A DNA stretch of 64,000 nt from a virus, in the IMG/VR virus record IMGVR_UViG_3300023296_001057, positions 5,014 through 69,013 of that record. One strand, given 5' to 3'. The translations under genes and the position numbers were made by a program. Below, piece after piece: positions 1 to 9,590 of this stretch. The notes beneath the pieces are model-generated. The model was not told where the DNA came from, searched no databases, and saw only the letters and a program-made list of their open reading frames with translations. Each line of letters starts with the position of its first letter. Position 1 is the stretch's first letter.

Positions 1-179
1 TGTCGTTCTTCTTCCAATTCTTTAATTCTTCGTTGGGTAGATTCTAACGAAAATTGTAACATTTTAAATGATGAAAGTATTTCCTTTCTACCTTCTTCCG
101 TTTCAAAAAGGGATTCCTCAAAAGGTCTCATTTTTAATGCAGATGTAATATCTCTTATTAATTGTTTATGTTCATTCAT
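1..179 (-). CDS. hypothetical protein (runs off window start)
   Basis: ATG at 179, open frame MNEHKQLIRDITSALK... to the window edge. Confidence 0.55.
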   Translation of the reverse strand, partial: MNEHKQLIRDITSALKMRPFEESLFETEEGRKEILSSFKMLQFSLESTQRRIKELEEER

Positions 180-180
180 A

Positions 181-348
181 TTATTCTATTTTTGAAATTA
201 CTATTCCCTTACTCTCACCATCATCTTCACAAATATCTACAGTTTCTACTTTTAACTCAGTTTTAAATGTCCACTCCAGTTCTTCTAATATTTCATTAGG
301 GATTTCTACAAAAAACTCGTTCTTAGTCAATTTTACAGTTGTTTTCAT
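181..348 (-). CDS. small AbrB/MazE/SpoVT-like protein
   Basis: 55-aa ORF MKTTVKLTKNEFFVEIPNEILEELEW...; v.IP.ei.e.l.w pattern; not in ORF track. Confidence 0.45.
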   Translation of the reverse strand: MKTTVKLTKNEFFVEIPNEILEELEWTFKTELKVETVDICEDDGESKGIVISKIE

Positions 349-542
349 GGTAATTCTTCAATTAACATTACAATTACAAAAGTAATACCTATTAAAATTA
401 AACATGGAACCCATGATATAACAAATAAAAATAAATACCACCAATTACCTGTTATAAATATTGCCATAAATGGTGATAATAAAGATAATACACTCAATAC
501 CATCCCAATGATTGATACTATTCCACTAATTACTGTTCTCAT
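345..542 (-). CDS. small membrane protein
   Basis: two hydrophobic segments; stop overlaps next start. Confidence 0.6.
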   Translation of the reverse strand: MRTVISGIVSIIGMVLSVLSLLSPFMAIFITGNWWYLFLFVISWVPCLILIGITFVIVMLIEELP

Positions 543-568
543 AATTTATAATTCTATTTTTATATTAT

Positions 569-1150
569 TTATTGTTTGCACTCTTCCTGTGTTTTGGTGA
601 ACATTCCATTTCTTACATCGTATAATAATTGTAATGCTATTTCTGTATTATCAATACCAACTACTTTCTGAAATTTATTTAGATCATATTCAATTGCGTA
701 TTTTCTTGCATCCGTCGAACGCTCATCAGGTGAATTCGATTCTACAAAATCAATAGTATTAAAATTATAAAAACCATGTTTGTTTTCTTTGTTGTTATAC
801 TCTATTAGAGCTGGTTTCATATAAGTTAAGTCTTCATTACCTGCCACAAATGTAACATTGGTATATCCCATATTATATAAAAACGTAGCCGCTTCTAAAT
901 AAGTTCGAACATCCTCATCTTCTATAACATCGCCTATCAAATTTGGGTGTATCTTATACAGCCATTTTAATTTTAATTTATATGATAACGGATTCCTCTT
1001 TGCATCTTCACTTTTCGATGTGAAGATTTTATAATCTCCTTTTTCGGTTTTACTATTCTCAATCACAGTATCAAACAAAACACTATGTCCTTTGTTTGGT
1101 GGATTGAATCTACCGAAAGTAAACGTTACGTGAGTTTTTATATTATCCAA
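569..1150 (-). CDS. cytidylyltransferase-like (HIGH-family) nucleotidyltransferase
   Basis: FTFGRFNPPNKGH motif, NPLS..K, C-terminal STDAR; typical T4-like phage cytidyltransferase. Confidence 0.8.
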   Translation of the reverse strand: MDNIKTHVTFTFGRFNPPNKGHSVLFDTVIENSKTEKGDYKIFTSKSEDAKRNPLSYKLKLKWLYKIHPNLIGDVIEDEDVRTYLEAATFLYNMGYTNVTFVAGNEDLTYMKPALIEYNNKENKHGFYNFNTIDFVESNSPDERSTDARKYAIEYDLNKFQKVVGIDNTEIALQLLYDVRNGMFTKTQEECKQ

Positions 1151-2279
1151 ATCGTTCTTTATCAGTTAGGATTTTAAAGTCAGGCGAAATTATTTTAATA
1201 ATTCTACCATCTTTCATTTCTTTTACTACTCCTTCATATGCAATTTCGTTTCCAATATACTGCCTTATACCAAGTTCTTGAAGTGTATTATCATTATGTA
1301 AAATATAATCATATATGTTCAATTTTATATTTCTTAATAAGTTATACACGATCCAAAACATAGCCCATGGTTTGGTGTTATGCAACTCTAATATTTTAAT
1401 TCTTTTATTTACTGATAATTGAATTGAATTCATCCAATCTTTAAATTTAATATCCCCTTTTTGATTTCTTGTTGCAACAGAGAATCTATACAATAACTGT
1501 TTCAGTGTAGTAAATCCTTTCTCTGAAAAATTGCTTATTTTATCTATGTTATCCGATATCATTTTCACGTAATCAATATATGCATACTCAATTGCGGTAT
1601 CTACTGGCAGTCCGTGTATATTAAACGATATTGAATCCAATGTTGGATGTTGTGTGTTCAACACTATCAATTCATCAGTAGTGTTCCAATATTCAATTAT
1701 GAAATCTTCTACTGGGTAAATATTTCCAATGGTTTTAGTACCAAATTCATCAAATTTACCATGCACAACTACAAACACTTCTGCTGTTTGTATTCTTCCA
1801 TTAAATGCACTTTCATCAAATTTAAATGTAATTACATTTGGTGTTACTGATAGAGAAGAATCTAATTTTTCAGAGAAAATAATTTCACCATTCAGATAAC
1901 CTCTAAAATCATCTGGAGTATTTCGTTCTAAAATATCCCACAACTTAGCGTAAGTATCTGCAAATTGGATTCGGAATTGTAAGAATTCATCCTCATTTTG
2001 ATTATTTCGTCTTCTGCCTGTATGGAGTAATTCATCTATCAAACCGTTTTTGTTTAACCGAATTCCTTTCACCCATTGAGTTTTAGGTGAAAGTATAAAT
2101 TCTCCTTTATCATTTCTTCCCCAATAAATAGATCCAGAACCATCCCATTTAAAATCTAATGTGGAAGGATTGGTTATCAGTTCCTGTATTTCTTCTAATA
2201 CAGCGATAACACCGTGTGCCCCTTCTTCTATGATAAAATCTTCTAAATGTTGGTATTCTCTACCTATTCGTTTACTCAT
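1143..2279 (-). CDS. ligase-like nucleotidyltransferase-fold protein
   Basis: N-terminal HLED, KWDG (KxDG motif I), GEII, C-terminal EGVV...IKII. Confidence 0.55.
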   Translation of the reverse strand: MSKRIGREYQHLEDFIIEEGAHGVIAVLEEIQELITNPSTLDFKWDGSGSIYWGRNDKGEFILSPKTQWVKGIRLNKNGLIDELLHTGRRRNNQNEDEFLQFRIQFADTYAKLWDILERNTPDDFRGYLNGEIIFSEKLDSSLSVTPNVITFKFDESAFNGRIQTAEVFVVVHGKFDEFGTKTIGNIYPVEDFIIEYWNTTDELIVLNTQHPTLDSISFNIHGLPVDTAIEYAYIDYVKMISDNIDKISNFSEKGFTTLKQLLYRFSVATRNQKGDIKFKDWMNSIQLSVNKRIKILELHNTKPWAMFWIVYNLLRNIKLNIYDYILHNDNTLQELGIRQYIGNEIAYEGVVKEMKDGRIIKIISPDFKILTDKERFG

Positions 2280-2931
2280 TTTCTATATACGTTTGAACTA
2301 ATACATCCCTTTGTTTTGGGTGTCGTTCCATTGCGATTAAAAATTTACTTATTGAACTTAAATCATCTGCTGTTGCTTGTTCATCTATTAGAATCTTAGC
2401 AATGCCATCTTTAGTATCAGCAATTACTTCTCTATTCTCTCTATTCAGTATTCCGATATAAGGCGACATCATCATATTTCGTTCATCGGTTGATCTCATA
2501 TTCGTTAAATCTGCCCACATTTTATGTAAAGTACCACCTTTCATTTCTGGGTCATCACTGTAATCATGTTGATGGAGAGGTGCGGCTTTTTCTGCGTTTT
2601 TTACAACCATTATATCAATCTGTACAATATCACCATTTTCGTTTTGTGGGATTCCAACATGAACGGATACACCACTACGTTTAGATACATATTCCAACTT
2701 TTCAAAATATTTTGATAATGATATTTTTGATTCTTTAGCAGATATAGAATGAAAATAATTTAATAATTCTTCTTCATCAATTAAAATATCAATATCAGAT
2801 GATTCAGTCTTTTGTCCCGCTGAACCAATAACCCAAAACTGAAACGGTAGTATAGTTTCTAATTTTGTTAGTACATTAGATACATTAGCCAATTTGATTG
2901 ATTTTGCATCTGGAATAATATTTCCACCCAT
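2272..2931 (-). CDS. Pol-beta-like nucleotidyltransferase
   Basis: MGGN start, GSAG.K..SSDIDI motif, third Asp in QIDIM. Confidence 0.7.
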   Translation of the reverse strand: MGGNIIPDAKSIKLANVSNVLTKLETILPFQFWVIGSAGQKTESSDIDILIDEEELLNYFHSISAKESKISLSKYFEKLEYVSKRSGVSVHVGIPQNENGDIVQIDIMVVKNAEKAAPLHQHDYSDDPEMKGGTLHKMWADLTNMRSTDERNMMMSPYIGILNRENREVIADTKDGIAKILIDEQATADDLSSISKFLIAMERHPKQRDVLVQTYIENE

Positions 2932-2966
2932 AGATGTTTTGTTTTACATTATCATTTCTTTGCTAC

Positions 2967-2995
2967 AGTATAACAAATTTTTCATATAATGTCAA
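2967..2995 (-). promoter_or_regulatory. sigma70-type promoter
   Basis: TTGACA-N17-TATACT. Confidence 0.75.
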
Positions 2996-3000
2996 TTTTT

Positions 3001-3060
3001 ATCGGAAATAAAAGCTCTTCTATACATAACATCGGAAATAAAAGCTCCCCTATACATAAC
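3001..3060. repeat. 30-bp tandem duplication
   Basis: atcggaaataaaagctcYYctatacataac x2, 2 mismatches. Confidence 0.9.
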
Positions 3061-3172
3061 ACCTGTAAACGGTACGAGTGTAGTAGGGTCGTGTATTACT
3101 GAAGTTATATAAATTGAGTGTAATACCAAATGGTAAGGCTCCCATTGTTTTTAAAAAGTCTGTTCGTTTCAT
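3050..3172 (-). pseudogene. short ORF or gene remnant with Tat-like leader
   Basis: MKRTDFLKTMGALPFGITL..., similar to the N-terminus of 34816..35625. Confidence 0.4.
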
Positions 3173-3183
3173 AGTTTAATGAT

Positions 3184-3504
3184 TTAATTTAAAGTATTGT
3201 TTGATATAAACTCTATTGTATAATCTTCAAACAAGTTTTGATCTATAAAAAATTGTTGGTCGGTAGATAGATCACTTTGATGGTTGGGTTTTATCATACA
3301 ACTTTCGGCATCCGGTCTGGACTTGAACAGTCCTGGATAATAATTACTACCGACTCTTACCACATATTTAGATTCATTGATAATACCAATATCACTTAAA
3401 TGTTTATATAAAATTGGATTTAAATATGGATTGAGAATCTTATCAAGATTTCCAATATTATTATTGTAGTATTCATTCAATTGATTGTGTAATGTATATT
3501 TCAT
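3184..3504 (-). CDS. hypothetical protein
   Basis: ORF coupled to upstream gene. Confidence 0.6.
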   Translation of the reverse strand: MKYTLHNQLNEYYNNNIGNLDKILNPYLNPILYKHLSDIGIINESKYVVRVGSNYYPGLFKSRPDAESCMIKPNHQSDLSTDQQFFIDQNLFEDYTIEFISNNTLN

Positions 3505-4562
3505 AATGTTAAATGTGGTTTCGCCTCTACTTGCCCAGCGTTTGTTATTTTAGTAAATTTAGCTTTTAAAAAGAAATCATCAATCGAAAATGCACCTGAA
3601 TAAGAAAGAGCCGAACGTAACCCATCATTTAATCCCTTTATCACATACTTCACTCCACCTTTATATGGTACAGTCGTAGATTCACCTTCTATATTTCTTT
3701 GTTCTTGATTATTACTTATTTTAGTTTCCAATGATGCAGATCCTCTATATCGTTTGAAGAGAGTTCCATTTTTTGTTATGACTGGCGCAGGTGTTTCTTG
3801 TGTTCCAGCAAACATAGAACCTAACATTACGGATGATGCTCCAATTGCAAGTGCTTTAGCAATATCACCCGCGTAACGGATTCCACCATCTGCGATAACT
3901 GGTACAGTTGATCTTTCTACTACATCCATAATAGATGTAACGGATGGTACACCATGAGCCGTTTCAATGCGAGTAGAGCATAATGAACCGTTTCCAACAT
4001 TGGCGCGTATTCCATCTACGCCCCAATTGCATAAATCTTCACTCGCTTCTTTCGTTGCTATATTCCCTGCTATAATATCAAACTTCAGTGAAGATGCTTC
4101 ACGAAATCTAATCAATTTCTCTATCATTCTTTTCACATTTAAATGATGCCCATGTGCTACATCAATTAAAATTACATTAGCTCCAGTTCTTATTAACTGG
4201 GATGCATTACTCAGTTGATAATCACCTACACCAATTGAAGCAATAATTGGAATTTCTAGATCACCCCAAAGTTCTCTAATATGGATTTCATCGGTAGCTC
4301 TTTTCAGTTTCAAAATAATATCACACTGATCGTTGATATGCATAAAACGATGTAAACATCCAGCTCCACCTAACTTCATTAAAGAATAACACATATCATA
4401 TTCTGAAATTGTATCCATCGGCGCAGATAAAAACGGAATCTTCAGTTTAAAATTAGTAGTTAATTGTGTAGATAAATCTACATCCGTTCTACTCAATACT
4501 GTACTATATTGTGGTATAATTTGTATGTCATCATACGTTAAACTTTCAATAAATTCTCCCAT
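3501..4562 (-). CDS. IMP dehydrogenase / GMP reductase family protein (no CBS domains)
   Basis: SAPMDT, IDVAHGH, GNGSLCSTR catalytic Cys loop, IADGGIR, MLGSMFAGT, YRGSAS. Confidence 0.9.
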   Translation of the reverse strand: MGEFIESLTYDDIQIIPQYSTVLSRTDVDLSTQLTTNFKLKIPFLSAPMDTISEYDMCYSLMKLGGAGCLHRFMHINDQCDIILKLKRATDEIHIRELWGDLEIPIIASIGVGDYQLSNASQLIRTGANVILIDVAHGHHLNVKRMIEKLIRFREASSLKFDIIAGNIATKEASEDLCNWGVDGIRANVGNGSLCSTRIETAHGVPSVTSIMDVVERSTVPVIADGGIRYAGDIAKALAIGASSVMLGSMFAGTQETPAPVITKNGTLFKRYRGSASLETKISNNQEQRNIEGESTTVPYKGGVKYVIKGLNDGLRSALSYSGAFSIDDFFLKAKFTKITNAGQVEAKPHLTL

Positions 4563-4563
4563 A

Positions 4564-4836
4564 TTAATAATTTGGTACTAATTTCAATACAATTTCTTTC
4601 GTATCTTCTTTTGATTTTAACTCATCAATTCCCAAAATTTTATACTTCATTTTTTCAAAGTAAAAACTACCACCTACATTGAAAAAAGGCCCGCCATTAA
4701 AAGCAAATACAACTGTGTTACCAATTCTATTTTTCTTTCTACGAGTGGATTTAGAATCTCCTAATACTCTTACCTTTTCAAAGTTCACACGTACAAGTGC
4801 TCTCTCTTCATTTAATTTATTTGTAATAATTTCCAT
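4564..4836 (-). CDS. hypothetical protein
   Basis: ORF in operon context. Confidence 0.6.
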   Translation of the reverse strand: MEIITNKLNEERALVRVNFEKVRVLGDSKSTRRKKNRIGNTVVFAFNGGPFFNVGGSFYFEKMKYKILGIDELKSKEDTKEIVLKLVPNY

Positions 4837-4845
4837 AATGATTTA

Positions 4846-5046
4846 TTATAACTCGTTAAGTTTTAGTGCTTCATCCATTGCAAATTTCTCTCCAACGTGT
4901 TGGATGGTTTTGACATGTCTTGCGTTTGGGTTATCTTTATATCTATTTTTTTTATCTCCCGATTTTGTGGTATATTCTTCCACAAAAATTCTGGATGGTT
5001 CGCTCATTATATGTTGTACTCTTGAATCTGCTATCTTTCTACTCAT
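4846..5046 (-). CDS. hypothetical protein
   Basis: ORF in operon context. Confidence 0.6.
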   Translation of the reverse strand: MSRKIADSRVQHIMSEPSRIFVEEYTTKSGDKKNRYKDNPNARHVKTIQHVGEKFAMDEALKLNEL

Positions 5047-5189
5047 TTATCTTTTTGTTTTTCGTTAAAAGAATCGTCAGTGATTCGTTTTATTTGTTTA
5101 CTATTCAAAATTTGTTTACTCTTTTGTTTTTCTTCTGGTATCTTATAATTCTCTACCAGCCGTTCTAACCATTTATCTGTTTGTTTCAT
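5043..5189 (-). CDS. small hypothetical protein
   Basis: 48-aa ORF MKQTDKWLERL..., ATGA overlap with next gene, downstream of a promoter. Confidence 0.5.
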   Translation of the reverse strand: MKQTDKWLERLVENYKIPEEKQKSKQILNSKQIKRITDDSFNEKQKDK

Positions 5190-5219
5190 ATCTTCATTAT
5201 ATCTGTAGTTCCTTTATTT

Positions 5220-5248
5220 AATATACAAAAATTTGTATTAAATGTCAA
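5220..5248 (-). promoter_or_regulatory. sigma70-type promoter
   Basis: TTGACA-N17-TATATT. Confidence 0.75.
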
Positions 5249-5253
5249 TTAAT

Positions 5254-5290
5254 AAAAAATGGTAACAGGACTATCAATCCCATTACCATA
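5254..5290 (-). terminator. intrinsic terminator
   Basis: ATGGTAATGGGATT...AGTCCTGTTACCAT stem followed by a T-tract, just after the AAA gene. Confidence 0.7.
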
Positions 5291-5315
5291 GCTCTAACCC
5301 AAAAAATAATCTATT

Positions 5316-6530
5316 TTAAGTGAATGGATCTTCTAAATCATCGTTAAAGAGTTTATCAGCATTTTCATCTGAAATGTACTTCTGAATCAATTGTTTAATG
5401 TATACTCGTTCTGATTCATTACCACCATCAGTGGAAAAGAATGGGTAAATTGCAATTTCTGCAGATTCAACTAATGAAAACCCATCGTAAATCAAACTAG
5501 CGGCTTCGATAGTTGTTCTGGTGGATATCATTGCGGATAGTGTACCCGTATCGGATTTCCAAACATCACGTGTATGTTGTGCAATTTCTGCAATTGCCAT
5601 TAGATCATCATCTTTTACTTCAGGAAATAATCTATTAAGTAATTTGAATTCTTGTTCACTATTCAGAATATCCATTTCAATAGTAACGAATCTATCTAAA
5701 ATAGCTCTATCCAAAACTCGCGTAGATGTATATTCATTTCCAATATTAGCGGTAGCGATAAACGTAACACCATCAGCAACTTCCACCGTTGGAGAGCCAG
5801 GTGCCTCATCTAATCTTAAATACCGTTGCCCATCATCCAATACTGGCATTAGAATATTCCAAGCATCAGGGTGAGCTCTTGTCAACTCATCTAACAAAAT
5901 TATGTTATTTGGGATTTGAATAGCTTTTACAAATGAAGATTGTGCGAATAGAGTACCTTTCGTTTTATCAAAATGAGTATTTCCGATTAACGTAGCCCTT
6001 GCATCCTGTGTGGAACCTAAGTTAATAACATAACCAACTCTTTTCATCGCCTTCATCACAGCTTTTGCCGCCACTGTTTTTCCTGTACCAGATGGACCAG
6101 TCATCATTATATTTTTTGCCCTTAGTGCTGAACGGATTAGGTACTTCCATTTCAAATCAGTTATTACCAATAATTCCGGCTTCAATTCACTTGCCCTATT
6201 GTGAATAAAATCGGTTATCTCATCGCGAGTTGGTTGATTTGATTCAGATTGCTCTGGTTGCTCCACATCTCCATCCAGATTCACTGTATTCATAGGAATA
6301 ACTCTTGATGTGAACTCTTCCATTGGAACTTGTCTGAATTGAATTTTACCATCTTCAGTTATATATTTATTCAATGCATTTTGGTTGTTATATGCATTCT
6401 TTCTCGTAATAGTATTAATTCCGTTAGTTCCTAACATTACATTATCAGTATCCATTACTTTATAATGGGAACCTACTTTAACTACTTTAAACACTTCATT
6501 AGTGTATCCGCTATTATCTTTTTCACTCAT
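5316..6530 (-). CDS. MoxR/CbbQ/CobS-like AAA+ ATPase
   Basis: GPSGTGKT Walker A, LLDELTR Walker B, ATAN, LDRAILDRF. Confidence 0.9.
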   Translation of the reverse strand: MSEKDNSGYTNEVFKVVKVGSHYKVMDTDNVMLGTNGINTITRKNAYNNQNALNKYITEDGKIQFRQVPMEEFTSRVIPMNTVNLDGDVEQPEQSESNQPTRDEITDFIHNRASELKPELLVITDLKWKYLIRSALRAKNIMMTGPSGTGKTVAAKAVMKAMKRVGYVINLGSTQDARATLIGNTHFDKTKGTLFAQSSFVKAIQIPNNIILLDELTRAHPDAWNILMPVLDDGQRYLRLDEAPGSPTVEVADGVTFIATANIGNEYTSTRVLDRAILDRFVTIEMDILNSEQEFKLLNRLFPEVKDDDLMAIAEIAQHTRDVWKSDTGTLSAMISTRTTIEAASLIYDGFSLVESAEIAIYPFFSTDGGNESERVYIKQLIQKYISDENADKLFNDDLEDPFT

Positions 6531-6567
6531 TGTATTAGGTTGGGTTTTGAGTTTTAATTACTTTTAT

Positions 6568-6596
6568 AATGTATGAAGTTTAATTAACAAAGTCAA
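6568..6596 (-). promoter_or_regulatory. sigma70-type promoter
   Basis: TTGACT-N17-TACATT. Confidence 0.65.
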
Positions 6597-6597
6597 A

Positions 6598-8730
6598 TTA
6601 TTTTTCTAATAATACTTTATTAATCGTTCTTGCAACTTCATTCATATTTTGAACATTTATTATTTTACTATCTTTACCATATGAATTGTAAAACGAATCT
6701 CTTATTTCTGTGTAATTTTTGTGATCAGGAGATAACCTAGTAACAAAAAATGATATTACCTTTATACCTTTCTCTTTCATTTTTTTTACTTGTGCTAATG
6801 TGTGAGATTGTGCATTAATTCCTGAATAATCAATACCCAAACGCCGGTTTGAATATTCCGGCATTCCATCTGAAATGTTTAAGAAGATCGAATCTAAATT
6901 ATTAGATGATGTAAGTAATTCATCTGATATTGCCTCAAATGTCAGCCCCTCAGGAGTGTAAGCACAAGGGGCAATTTGAGGAAAAAGTGATCTTACTTTA
7001 TTAAAAGAATCTTTTCTAGAATCATATATTATTGCAATCAGTGGTAGTCCGTTATTCGTTCCTCTAATTGAAATTTGAACTTCTACATTAGATATCATAT
7101 CAACAGCTGTAGCAATTGCGGTTGCTAGTGTTAAAGATTCATTCCACTTTGCCCCGTACATTGAGGATGATGCGTCCAATGAAAAATGTAAATTAACTGT
7201 ATTGTACACGTCTACATCTTTATAGTAAAATACATTTTCGGAACCATATCCTAAAGAATGAATCAATCGTTTATCAATTTTTCCCTTTCGTTGCCTTGAA
7301 AATACAGTTTCACGTTGTTCACTTCTTACTTGAAGTTTTTTACCTAATATCCGACCAAGTCTGATTCCTTTTTCTACTTCATCGTCATATGTGGCACGGG
7401 TCTTAAAAGGAAATGTGGCTGAATCTAATACCCTTTGATTAAAGTTTTTTATCACTACAACATCTATTCCCTTACCTGCGTTGAAATATGGATTATCCTT
7501 AGCAACTGTTTCAATTTCCGCCTGGGAGTTTTCCATCTCTTTCATCTGTTCTACTTCTGAATTACTTAATGGGACTTTTTTAGTTTCACCGTTTATGAAT
7601 TCTTTTTGTTTCTCAATCAACTCATCAGTTTTCTCTTGTGTATCTTTATCAATTGATGGTTTTTTATCAGCTTCTTCATTTGATTTTTCAGTGGATTTAT
7701 CGGAATTATGTTCATCATTATTTTCCTCAGATGGCTCTTCACCTTGCCCCTTACCATTAGATGAATTACTTTCTTCTTCGTCAGAAGTTGAATTTGGCTC
7801 ACTACCACCATCAGAATCTTCAGTTTCATCAGAAGAAGTTGATGTATTGGAACTTTGATTAGAATTTGATTCCATTCCCTCTTCAGTTACTTCATCATCA
7901 TTACCTGATTCTGGTTCACCGTTATCATTTTCTGGGGGGTTTGGTTGTTGAGGCATTTCCACTTCTTCTAAATGGTTAAGAATAATTTCAAATACATCTA
8001 TTGCCACTTCTAATGCTTGAGCAGAATTGTTTAAACGATCTATATTTTTCAAATCTACAGTTTTGTATATCTCCGGTAATCCCTTTAAAGCATCTAATTG
8101 GGTAAATTTGGAATGTAAATTAATTAGTCGGAATTCATACGATTCGCACGTTTCAGTTGTATGGTACGAACTTTGTAATACATCATCAATAGTAGGAGAA
8201 TTAAAATACTTATCATATAATGCGTAATAGTATCCCCTATATCCTGGTGCCCTATCGAAAATATATCTATCAATTCGTCTATCTTCCACATAATTCAAAA
8301 TCAATGCCAATGAAGATAAACAGTTTACATTCACTTTTGATGCTCTTGCAGCTAAAGAGTGGTATTTATTTTGATCTTCTAGAATGGTTTTCAAATTTGG
8401 TTTGATATCAAAATCTGAAAGTAGAATATGTGATGCCTCATGTAGTGCCAATCCACACGCAACGTCAAATTCCTTTGGATCTTCTAGGTTGGCTGATATG
8501 ATGACTATTTTTGAATCCGTCATCGAATTTCCATTTGTATGGAATTTAACAGGAATATTTTTGCCTGTTAAAATAGATACAAAATTGGATATTGCCTTTT
8601 TAGATGAGCTTAATTTATATAAATTGTACGAGGACGTGGATTGTCTTCTATTTAAATCGGAAAGAATAGCTCTATCATTTGTGCGATCCATCCAAAACGA
8701 AGAGTGTCCGTATTTACCAAAAATGTTCAT
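6598..8730 (-). CDS. CobT-like protein: HExxH domain, acidic linker, VWA domain
   Basis: LHEASH, N.VEDRRI, MIDAS DASSSM, ISDG.P; adjacent to the AAA+ partner. Confidence 0.85.
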   Translation of the reverse strand: MNIFGKYGHSSFWMDRTNDRAILSDLNRRQSTSSYNLYKLSSSKKAISNFVSILTGKNIPVKFHTNGNSMTDSKIVIISANLEDPKEFDVACGLALHEASHILLSDFDIKPNLKTILEDQNKYHSLAARASKVNVNCLSSLALILNYVEDRRIDRYIFDRAPGYRGYYYALYDKYFNSPTIDDVLQSSYHTTETCESYEFRLINLHSKFTQLDALKGLPEIYKTVDLKNIDRLNNSAQALEVAIDVFEIILNHLEEVEMPQQPNPPENDNGEPESGNDDEVTEEGMESNSNQSSNTSTSSDETEDSDGGSEPNSTSDEEESNSSNGKGQGEEPSEENNDEHNSDKSTEKSNEEADKKPSIDKDTQEKTDELIEKQKEFINGETKKVPLSNSEVEQMKEMENSQAEIETVAKDNPYFNAGKGIDVVVIKNFNQRVLDSATFPFKTRATYDDEVEKGIRLGRILGKKLQVRSEQRETVFSRQRKGKIDKRLIHSLGYGSENVFYYKDVDVYNTVNLHFSLDASSSMYGAKWNESLTLATAIATAVDMISNVEVQISIRGTNNGLPLIAIIYDSRKDSFNKVRSLFPQIAPCAYTPEGLTFEAISDELLTSSNNLDSIFLNISDGMPEYSNRRLGIDYSGINAQSHTLAQVKKMKEKGIKVISFFVTRLSPDHKNYTEIRDSFYNSYGKDSKIINVQNMNEVARTINKVLLEK

Positions 8731-8767
8731 TGAGTTAGATTAATTAGAGTTTTCAATTAACTACTAT

Positions 8768-8796
8768 AATGTAATGTACATTACTACAAATGTCAA
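8768..8796 (-). promoter_or_regulatory. sigma70-type promoter
   Basis: TTGACA-N17-TACATT. Confidence 0.7.
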
Positions 8797-9008
8797 GGGT
8801 TATTTTTGTTCCACTCAGTTTCTCCTATTTCTAGATATCGTTCCCAATAATCAGGAAATGCTTCTTTAATTCGTAACGTGTTCCGATGATCGGCTCTCAT
8901 TAATGCATATCCAAGTGATGAAACAAATCCACCACCATATTTTTGCATTGCAGTATATACGTAATATTTTTCATATTCCATTCTCTGTATATTTACTAAT
9001 GTATTCAT
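8793..9008 (-). CDS. hypothetical protein
   Basis: M..YGGGFV..L..A...AD..N..RI..AFP pattern common in phage early genes. Confidence 0.7.
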   Translation of the reverse strand: MNTLVNIQRMEYEKYYVYTAMQKYGGGFVSSLGYALMRADHRNTLRIKEAFPDYWERYLEIGETEWNKNNP

Positions 9009-9271
9009 ATTTTTTGTGATTCTGGTATTCGTTCATAACACCAATTAAATCCATTAATAAATTTTAATAATTCATTAGCTTTTCTTTTCGAAAGAGGAAA
9101 TGGATTTCCCTTTTTATCATCAGTTGCATCTTTTACTAATTCGTAATATTCTGCGACATTTTCTAAGTATCTAATTGCGTCCACTAAATTTTCAGTAGTT
9201 CCATCTACAAAAAATCTATGGTCGGAATTGAAGCCGCTTCTATCTACGTATGGTATGTTTGGTTTACTCAT
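9005..9271 (-). CDS. hypothetical protein
   Basis: ORF coupled to neighbour. Confidence 0.6.
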   Translation of the reverse strand: MSKPNIPYVDRSGFNSDHRFFVDGTTENLVDAIRYLENVAEYYELVKDATDDKKGNPFPLSKRKANELLKFINGFNWCYERIPESQKI

Positions 9272-9291
9272 ATTTATTATTATTTAGATTG

Positions 9292-9522
9292 TTAAAAAGG
9301 TAAATCAAGTGCCACGTACTTATAATGCTCCTCTGGAACACCAAGTTCTATCATCTTTTCAAAAATATCAATTCGAGATGTTGTAAGATTATCCAAATCA
9401 ACGGATACTTTCTCCGAACCATCTTCCGTGGGGTCGAATTGTTGAACAAAATAACCACAGATGTGGTCAAATCCATATGCTATCTCAGTACCATCTTCTT
9501 TATTTATTGTGAATCTAGACAT
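9292..9522 (-). CDS. hypothetical protein
   Basis: YGFDH..GYF, C-terminal LDLPF. Confidence 0.65.
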   Translation of the reverse strand: MSRFTINKEDGTEIAYGFDHICGYFVQQFDPTEDGSEKVSVDLDNLTTSRIDIFEKMIELGVPEEHYKYVALDLPF

Positions 9523-9555
9523 TTAATTAGATTTTAGGATTTATAATTGATTTGT

Positions 9556-9584
9556 AATGTAATAAATATTTTAATCAATGTCAA
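9556..9584 (-). promoter_or_regulatory. sigma70-type promoter
   Basis: TTGACA-N17-TACATT. Confidence 0.7.
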
Positions 9585-9590
9585 ATCTAA

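Noticed and set aside
3001-3060. 30-bp repeat (and the 29-bp repeat at 52964) as a CRISPR array
   Set aside because: Only two directly abutting copies, no spacers and no cas operon in the window.
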